Source: a virus (lineage: Duplodnaviria; Caudoviricetes). From it: a DNA stretch of 64,000 nucleotides. Positions within the stretch are counted from its first letter, which is position 1. Each line of letters begins with the position of its first letter. The notes under the pieces are model-generated. The model was given only the letters and a program-made list of their open reading frames with translations. It searched no databases and was not told the DNA's origin. The stretch lies in the IMG/VR virus record IMGVR_UViG_3300027754_000035; one strand, given 5' to 3'. The translations under genes were made by a program, and so were the position numbers. Of this stretch, positions 57,862-64,000 are shown one piece after another.

Positions 57862-58065
57862 ATGAGTAATAATTTTGCAAATAGTCAAAAGCCACAGTAC
57901 CGTACCCCAAAAAATCTACCAGGTAACTGGGATTATGTGGGTGATGGTAAATTGCACGACCCAACCATAAATAATCCAGCTATGCATGGTCGTAGATGGA
58001 TGATTGACTATGGCTACAATAGTGGCAAAACTTATGACAAGTTTGTACAAGGACTAAAGAAGTAG
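57862..58065 (+). CDS. small hypothetical protein
   Basis: 67 aa ORF tightly packed between neighbours. Confidence 0.65.
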   Translation: MSNNFANSQKPQYRTPKNLPGNWDYVGDGKLHDPTINNPAMHGRRWMIDYGYNSGKTYDKFVQGLKK

Positions 58066-58067
58066 TC

Positions 58068-58655
58068 ATGGACTCTGTAAAAAGCATATTTGAAAACATT
58101 TATGTTAATAATGTTTGGGATGGTCCAGAGAGTCGGTCTGGAACTGGATCTAGTTTAGACCAAACACAAAATCTTCGTAGTTGGCTACCAAAAATAATTG
58201 ACCGATATCAAATTACATCAATACTCGATGTTCCGTGTGGTGATTATTGGTGGATGCCACATGTTGACCTAAAAGGTGTACGATATGAAGGATGGGATAT
58301 TGTGGATGATATTATTGCCCACAATTCTCAAAAATATAAGAATGTTACGTTTCGAGTAAACAACATCATTGAGACTGTGCCATATGGTTTCGATTTGATA
58401 TTGTGTCGTGATCTTCTCAGCCATTTGTGTTTCAATGATGCGCTGTGTGCATTGAACAATTTCAAAAACAGTGGTGCAAAATATTTGATGGCAAATACAT
58501 ATGGGACATCGGATGTTAACATTGATATTGTCACTGGCAAGTGGTTACCAATTAATTTGCTAAAGTCTCCATACAATCTACCCCCGTATTTGGATTGCAT
58601 TGCTGACTGTGCAAATGGTATAAGCGATAAACAGATAGCAATATGGAAGTTGTGA
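58068..58655 (+). CDS. class I SAM methyltransferase, paralog of 53665
   Basis: SGTGS, ILDVPCGD, GWDIV, DLILCRDLLSHL. Confidence 0.85.
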   Translation: MDSVKSIFENIYVNNVWDGPESRSGTGSSLDQTQNLRSWLPKIIDRYQITSILDVPCGDYWWMPHVDLKGVRYEGWDIVDDIIAHNSQKYKNVTFRVNNIIETVPYGFDLILCRDLLSHLCFNDALCALNNFKNSGAKYLMANTYGTSDVNIDIVTGKWLPINLLKSPYNLPPYLDCIADCANGISDKQIAIWKL

Positions 58656-58697
58656 AAGAAATTCACTCGTAATCAAAATATTGCAATATTTATCTAT

Positions 58698-59990
58698 ATG
58701 ATCAACAATCTTACCAAAAATATTAAGTTGTCGGGTGGTGTTGGTGACAACACACCAACTGAACAGGTTGATCCAAATCAATTGAGTATTGGTATTCAAA
58801 TCGAAATGGAACATACCAACGATGTCGCTATTGCGCAAGAAATAGCCATGGACCATTTGACCGAAGACCCCGAATACTATACCAAGTTGGTGAAGGCTGG
58901 TTTGGCAAAAGAATTTCAACCATCAACAAATAGTGGTTTTGGTGATCCAGATCAAAGCTTCAATGATGCTGCTCGTCTTGGCAAGTCTGTAACCGCAGGC
59001 CCTGGTAACAACATTGTTGGAACCATTGGCGGTACGCCAGATGGACACACAGATGGTCGCAACAGCGAACCGTTGGTCAATAAAACTATTGACATTGAAT
59101 TGGAATCCAAGAAATCTAAGAAGAAATCTGTGCCGAACAACTCCAAATTGTGGAGTAGAGCAAAGGCATTAGCCAAAGCCAAGTTTGATGTATATCCATC
59201 AGCTTATGCAAATGCTTGGGTATCCAAGTGGTACGAACAACAAGGTGGTGACTGGCATATGAGTGAAATTGATGATAGACTCAACAGAAATCCTATACAA
59301 GTTTTCGACGGTCCTGATCCCGCTGAAGTCAGTCCTGAAGGATCTGGTACTTTTGGTAGTGGATATGATTTTGTCGGATATGCAGAAAACAAGACTAATT
59401 CTATGAAACAACAAAAACTCAAGGAAATTATCAGACGCCTTGCCCTACAATATTTGAGGGAGCAAGAAGAAGTTGGTGCCACCGCTGCACCAGAAACCGA
59501 AACCCCAGATGTAGCCGCACCAGAGGCACCAGAGGCACCAGAGGCAAGTTCCGGTGAATCTGTCACTTTGACATTGGATCGTGACACTGCACAAAAATTA
59601 CATGATTTGTTGATGCAACAATTGCAATCTGGCGAAAGCACACCACCAGTGGATGATGCCGACAGCGAAGTTGAAACTGGCGGAAGTCAGACGGTTCAAA
59701 CTCCAGGCTCGGGTGCTCCATTTGGTAGCGATGAGGGTTCAGATGAAACCGCAATCGGTGAAATCACACATGAAGAATCCAAGGATATCGATGAAGCCAA
59801 GAAGAAATGGATTCAAAAGGCAATTCATAAGAGCAAAGAAGGTGCATTGCACAAGCAATTGGATGTACCACAAGGAGAAAAGATTCCAGTAGCCAAACTC
59901 GCAGCAGCAGCAAAAAAGGGTGGCAAGTTGGGTCAACGTGCTAGATTGGCACAAACCTTGAGCAAGCTGAAAAAGAAGAAGAATAAATAA
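58698..59990 (+). CDS. mosaic multi-domain protein, putative internal head protein
   Basis: DUF5661-like GIQIEMEH...DHLTEDPEYY; YPSAYANAW module; acidic APE linker; basic C-terminal KWIQKAI...RARLAQTL module. Confidence 0.7.
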   Translation: MINNLTKNIKLSGGVGDNTPTEQVDPNQLSIGIQIEMEHTNDVAIAQEIAMDHLTEDPEYYTKLVKAGLAKEFQPSTNSGFGDPDQSFNDAARLGKSVTAGPGNNIVGTIGGTPDGHTDGRNSEPLVNKTIDIELESKKSKKKSVPNNSKLWSRAKALAKAKFDVYPSAYANAWVSKWYEQQGGDWHMSEIDDRLNRNPIQVFDGPDPAEVSPEGSGTFGSGYDFVGYAENKTNSMKQQKLKEIIRRLALQYLREQEEVGATAAPETETPDVAAPEAPEAPEASSGESVTLTLDRDTAQKLHDLLMQQLQSGESTPPVDDADSEVETGGSQTVQTPGSGAPFGSDEGSDETAIGEITHEESKDIDEAKKKWIQKAIHKSKEGALHKQLDVPQGEKIPVAKLAAAAKKGGKLGQRARLAQTLSKLKKKKNK

Positions 59991-60029
59991 TCCAGTATCT
60001 TGACCGCCGCATATCCGATCAAAATAGGG

Positions 60030-60064
60030 ATCTCCGAGCAGATGTTGATCATCTGCTCGGAGAT
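60030..60064. other. perfect 15-bp inverted repeat hairpin (terminator or structured element)
   Basis: atctccgagcagatg-ttgat-catctgctcggagat, followed by a short T tract. Confidence 0.7.
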
Positions 60065-60099
60065 TTAACTTAAAAACATTTTATTTGAGTCTCAAAAAT

Positions 60100-61098
60100 A
60101 TGAACGAAATAAGCACAATGCCTGGGTATGCTAAATGGTATGACATGGCGAATAAAATAATTCCAAAGCTGCAAAAAATTAAAGCTGTTGGTAAAGCTAA
60201 AACCGCCGCAAAAGATATTGTAACGCAGAGTGCAGTCACCAATATTCTGGTTGCGATTGGTAAAACTGCACCAAAAATTTCTAAACAGTTGGAAGATTTG
60301 TTGAAGTATACGTTCACTCACCAAGATTTAACTAAGTTACACCAAAACGGTCGCATAGACCTCCAGATTTGGAGAGATCCATCCTACGACGGTGTTCTCA
60401 ATAACAAAGAAGTTGAGGAGGCACTAGCTATGAGCGAAGGCTGGAAGGATTGGGTAGCTGCTGGTGCAATTGGTTTGGGAGCATTGGCTGGTAACGACGT
60501 TCAAGCTTCCAAGCTTAAACCCACAGCACCAATTGCGCATTCCACTGTAAAAAGTAGTGATGTATCGTTGTTGAATCACAAAACCAGCGACTATGTTGGT
60601 CACTGGGAAGGTAAGAAACACTCGGTATACAAAGATAGTAACAATTTGGATACGATTGGTATTGGCCATTATATGAACAATACTGCTCAAGATCGTCAAT
60701 TATTTACCACACTGTTTGGTGATAAAGTAAACTACGACGATCTGTTGAGTGGCAAACAAAAACTCAGCGACGAGCAGATTGATAAATTGTTTAATGTTGA
60801 TGTAAAAATCAAAGAGAAATTGGCCAGCAAGAAAATTAACAATTTTGGTAGTCTACCAACCAATGTTAAAAATGCTATTATCAATGCTTTTTACAGAGGT
60901 GATATTGGACCCAAAACAATTGGGTTTATGAATGCTGGTAAATGGGGATCTGCCGCAAAAGAATATTTGAATCACCCCAATGCAAAAAGTGGCCCTGACC
61001 AAATTCAACGCAGAATGCGTACCAATGCTTTGGCACTTGCTCAATTTGCACAAAATCAAAAAGAGTATATAACGCAGAGTGATTACGTAATCGGATAA
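60100..61098 (+). CDS. T4-type (GH24) lysozyme with long N-terminal extension
   Basis: WEG(E)...KD(D)...DTIGIGH(T) with T4L spacing (+9, +6); start ATG 60100 or TTG 60085. Confidence 0.85.
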   Translation: MNEISTMPGYAKWYDMANKIIPKLQKIKAVGKAKTAAKDIVTQSAVTNILVAIGKTAPKISKQLEDLLKYTFTHQDLTKLHQNGRIDLQIWRDPSYDGVLNNKEVEEALAMSEGWKDWVAAGAIGLGALAGNDVQASKLKPTAPIAHSTVKSSDVSLLNHKTSDYVGHWEGKKHSVYKDSNNLDTIGIGHYMNNTAQDRQLFTTLFGDKVNYDDLLSGKQKLSDEQIDKLFNVDVKIKEKLASKKINNFGSLPTNVKNAIINAFYRGDIGPKTIGFMNAGKWGSAAKEYLNHPNAKSGPDQIQRRMRTNALALAQFAQNQKEYITQSDYVIG

Positions 61099-61100
61099 AT

Positions 61101-61469
61101 ATGAACGATTGGTCCACAATTGATTTGGGTCATCTTCAAACAATGACTCAAATGTCGGCACTACAATCTGGTGCTGGTATACGCCACCAAGCTGCACAAA
61201 TCGACACAGATGGGTTTGATCCCTACGAAGTCATGCTGCGGCGTAAAAAACGTCAAGAAGACCCACAAGCGTTCCAAGAACCGGTGGTACAACAACATCA
61301 TACCCAAGACATTGTTGCGCTTGAAGAGTTTTGCCAACAACATGGCATTCTTGGATTTAACTGTGGCACCATGAGTCCCCGAGCAGCATTACAATTTTTG
61401 AAATCAAAAATGGGTATACGAGAAGAACCCAAAGTTACAAACCTAAATAAAAGTGTATTATATGGATAA
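61101..61469 (+). CDS. hypothetical protein
   Basis: 122 aa; LEEFCQQHGILGFNCG. Confidence 0.7.
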   Translation: MNDWSTIDLGHLQTMTQMSALQSGAGIRHQAAQIDTDGFDPYEVMLRRKKRQEDPQAFQEPVVQQHHTQDIVALEEFCQQHGILGFNCGTMSPRAALQFLKSKMGIREEPKVTNLNKSVLYG

Positions 61470-62130
61470 TTCAATTGATGCGTTGGCCTGTGAACATAAT
61501 TTCATCACCGATAAAACGGTGCATGGTCACAACTACAACAAAACATATTGTCGTTATTTTGATCAATTGCGCAATAATCCTGTTAAGCTACTAGAGATTG
61601 GAGTATCAGCGGGTCACTCAGTGCAAGTATGGACAAAATATTTTGCCAATGGAACTGTTGTTGGATTTGATCAAGATATTCGCATCAATCAATATGGTGC
61701 AACTGACAGACTTACTTTGATTCAAGGTGATCAACAAGACTCTGAATTATTGACAAAAATTAGCAACGAACATGGCCCATTTGATATTATCATTGACGAT
61801 GGTAGTCATATTGATGCTATTACAAAAAAGTCTTTTGACACACTATTTCCGTTGTTGGCACCCGGCGGTCTTTATATTGTAGAAGATCTACACACGTCGT
61901 ATCAACCAATTGTGCATGGTATACCAAATAGTTGTGTGTTTATTGATCACGTTAAAGAATTGATTGATTGTGTAAACTCACACGGTTGTTGTAGTTCTGG
62001 TGATATGTTGCGATGCACACACACCAATCCAGAGTCTCAGTATTGTTCACACGACAAAATGCAAAAAATGGACAAACTCATAGAATTTGTCCATGCTTAC
62101 AAGAATCTTGTGTTTATTAAAAAGTATTGA
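61462..62130 (+). CDS. MycE/TylE-like sugar O-methyltransferase
   Basis: TDK..HGHNY, LLEIGV, QGDQQD, FDIIIDDGSH, PGGLYIVEDLHTSY. Confidence 0.85.
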   Translation: MDNSIDALACEHNFITDKTVHGHNYNKTYCRYFDQLRNNPVKLLEIGVSAGHSVQVWTKYFANGTVVGFDQDIRINQYGATDRLTLIQGDQQDSELLTKISNEHGPFDIIIDDGSHIDAITKKSFDTLFPLLAPGGLYIVEDLHTSYQPIVHGIPNSCVFIDHVKELIDCVNSHGCCSSGDMLRCTHTNPESQYCSHDKMQKMDKLIEFVHAYKNLVFIKKY

Positions 62131-62131
62131 T

Positions 62132-62407
62132 TTATGCTGGATCAATAATGGTGATCTTGTTGCGACGCAACTCACTGGGCAACAATTCTTGTAGTGGTTC
62201 TAAACAATTAACACAGTATGGAACATTGATGGGTACCAATCCATCTTTGTCGGTGCCAGCCAAAATTTTGCTGACTTTTCTAAACATAACACCGTTTTGA
62301 AACACTGAGTTTTTACACTCCGGGCATTCAACAGAAGTTGTGTCCTTGATGCCAAAGTTTTGCTTGGTGGGTGGCATATTCATGCCTTCGATTTTGTTGT
62401 TAAACAT
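62132..62407 (-). CDS. small zinc-ribbon protein
   Basis: CPEC...CVNC. Confidence 0.7.
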   Translation of the reverse strand: MFNNKIEGMNMPPTKQNFGIKDTTSVECPECKNSVFQNGVMFRKVSKILAGTDKDGLVPINVPYCVNCLEPLQELLPSELRRNKITIIDPA

Positions 62408-62410
62408 AAT

Positions 62411-62812
62411 TTATTTTATTACTTTTCTTTTTTTGTAATCTTCCAATGCTGCATTAAGTGCCTCTGTGGCCAAAACTGAACAATGAATTTTTACTGGGGG
62501 GAGGCCGCCCAACGCAGTAACAATATCATCATTGTTAAAATTTTTCTGAAGTTCTTCTATAGTTCTGCCTTTTATTAGTTCTGTAGCCATAGATGAAGCA
62601 GCAATTGCACTACCACAACCAAAAGTTTTGAAGCGGGCGTCAGTAATTGTTCCGGTACTTTCATCAATCTTAAGACTGATTTTCATGATATCACCACAGG
62701 CTGCGGCACCTACTTCACCAACTGCATCAGCATCTTTCACATCACCCATATTACGTGGGTTAATAAAATGATCCATTACCGTTTCGTTGTATAGTGTATA
62801 GCTTTCGATCAT
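62411..62812 (-). CDS. iscU: IscU/NifU-N Fe-S cluster assembly scaffold
   Basis: DHFINPRN, ACGD, FGCGSAIA, LPPVKIHCS; all three Cys present. Confidence 0.95.
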   Translation of the reverse strand: MIESYTLYNETVMDHFINPRNMGDVKDADAVGEVGAAACGDIMKISLKIDESTGTITDARFKTFGCGSAIAASSMATELIKGRTIEELQKNFNNDDIVTALGGLPPVKIHCSVLATEALNAALEDYKKRKVIK

Positions 62813-62822
62813 ATACCTATAA

Positions 62823-63962
62823 TTATACGGTCAAACCCAATAAACTCAAGTCATTTCTAATCATCTTTTCTACCAACTGATTAAATGATGTCTTTGGTGA
62901 CCATTGTAATTCTTGTCTGGCCAAGTTACTATTTCCCAACAATAGATCCACTTCGGCCGGGCGATAGAACTTGGGATTGATCCGTATCAATACACTCGAC
63001 GCAGCATCATACTTGTCAACGTCGGTCGGTGTGATACTAAACTCTTCTGATGTTCCATTACCATGCCAACAACCTTCAATACCCGCATACTTGAACGCAA
63101 GTTCCACAAACTCCTTGATGGTGTGAGTTTCATTACTACTCAACACATATTCTTGAAGCTTCATATTGCTGTCAATGTCAACACGATACTTTTCTTGATT
63201 CAACATACGCCAAATACCATCAACGAAGTCTTCGGCATCACTCCAATCACGTTTGGCATATACGTTGCCAAGTTCAATTGCCTCAAATGTCTTGCCATTG
63301 ACCAAAGCCTGCTTGATACGAGCAATACCCTTGGTGATCTTACGAGTAACAAACTCTTCACCACGACGAGTTCCTTCATGATTAAACAACAGACCTTGCA
63401 CGGCATACATATTGTAACTCTCTCTGTATACCTTTACCAACTGGCGAGCAGCACTCTTGCTTGCACCATAGGGACTGCGTGGTCGTGCTGGATGATTTTC
63501 ATCTTGTGGTGTATAAGCAACATTACCATATTCTTCAGACGAGCCAGCGTTATAGAACCTACATGTTGGATTATGTTGACGAATAGCTTCTAGGATATGA
63601 ATGATACCAGTTGTATTGCATTCCCAAGTCTGGGCTGGAAAGTCCCAACTTGATCCAACAAATGTTTGTGCAGCTAGGTTGATAAAATAGTCAGGCTTGA
63701 TTTGTTCAATTGTTTTTGAGATACTATGCGCATCACTCAGATCAAAATTAATCAACTTGAAACGACTTTCATTTTCAAGATGGCGTAGATTTTCATGATT
63801 CTTAATACTTAAGCGTCTGGCTCCGCCAAAGATAGTGTAATCGGTGTTTTTAAGCAAGTAGTCAACCATGTGGCTACCATCTTGACCGGTTACACCGGTA
63901 ACAAATACGGTCTTTTTGTTATTCATAAATTGCTTTGAATCTGAAATGTTGTATATTTCCAT
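62823..63962 (-). CDS. gmd: GDP-mannose 4,6-dehydratase
   Basis: TGVTGQDGS, NLAAQTFV, SSEEYG, SPYGASK, LFNHEG, FVTRKIT, RDW, FYRPAEV. Confidence 0.95.
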   Translation of the reverse strand: MEIYNISDSKQFMNNKKTVFVTGVTGQDGSHMVDYLLKNTDYTIFGGARRLSIKNHENLRHLENESRFKLINFDLSDAHSISKTIEQIKPDYFINLAAQTFVGSSWDFPAQTWECNTTGIIHILEAIRQHNPTCRFYNAGSSEEYGNVAYTPQDENHPARPRSPYGASKSAARQLVKVYRESYNMYAVQGLLFNHEGTRRGEEFVTRKITKGIARIKQALVNGKTFEAIELGNVYAKRDWSDAEDFVDGIWRMLNQEKYRVDIDSNMKLQEYVLSSNETHTIKEFVELAFKYAGIEGCWHGNGTSEEFSITPTDVDKYDAASSVLIRINPKFYRPAEVDLLLGNSNLARQELQWSPKTSFNQLVEKMIRNDLSLLGLTV

Positions 63963-63973
63963 AAATTAGTGTG

Positions 63974-64000
63974 TTATATATCGTCTTCGTCTTCGTCTTC
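63974..64000 (-). CDS. 3' end of an upstream gene with an acidic tail (partial)
   Basis: Minus strand reads EDEDEDDI then TAA at 63974-63976. Confidence 0.5.
   Translation of the reverse strand, partial: EDEDEDDI

Noticed and set aside
10392-58655. GTs as a DNA hypermodification system
   Set aside because: No hydroxymethylase, TET/JBP or aGPT-type partner seen in the window, and the donors look like surface-glycan donors; not excluded genome-wide
59519-59547. 9-bp repeat x3 (APE)
   Set aside because: Ordinary low-complexity linker
378-63593. Numerous 60-180 aa ORFs antisense to or nested in confident genes
   Set aside because: Shadow ORFs with no motifs and no initiation context
1-64000. 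Stop-codon reassignment, as in some jumbo phages
   Set aside because: Conserved genes are full length in the standard code, and TAA, TGA and TAG all terminate ORFs
1-64000. tRNA, rRNA, transposase, integrase, reverse transcriptase or homing endonuclease
   Set aside because: No recognisable motifs, and little intergenic space; by-eye scan only
1-64000. Eukaryotic giant virus (NCLDV) origin
   Set aside because: TTGACA/TATAAT promoters, overlapping operons, gp62/gp45-like genes and a peptidoglycan lysozyme point to a bacteriophage

Overview
A gene-dense 64 kb segment (about 85 CDSs, standard genetic code) of what appears to be a large T4-like (jumbo-type) dsDNA bacteriophage. The evidence is a family B DNA polymerase, a gp45-like sliding clamp, both clamp-loader subunits, dNMP kinase, dUTPase, a Cas4/RecB-like nuclease, a MoxR AAA ATPase/VWA pair, UvsE, a T4-type lysozyme, sigma70-like promoters and stop/start-overlapping operons. 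Most of the window (about 10.4-64 kb) is a very large glycan synthesis and decoration arsenal: about 30 glycosyltransferase-like ORFs, about 9 SAM methyltransferases (including TylF-like and MycE/TylE-like sugar O-methyltransferases), gmd, a UDP-sugar dehydrogenase, glf, a nucleotidyltransferase/phosphodiesterase pair and a LicD-cytidylyltransferase fusion. A mucin-like (PSLTAT)n protein lies just upstream and is a plausible glycan acceptor (inference). Other features are a phage IscU, a DUF4338/DruA-like gene, a FecR-like exported protein, a GT4 gene split by a 1-nt frameshift, a recurring TAnTTAT motif just upstream of starts, and putative internal head proteins. I saw no CRISPR array, tRNA, rRNA or transposase. 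All family calls come from motif recognition by eye, not from database searches.
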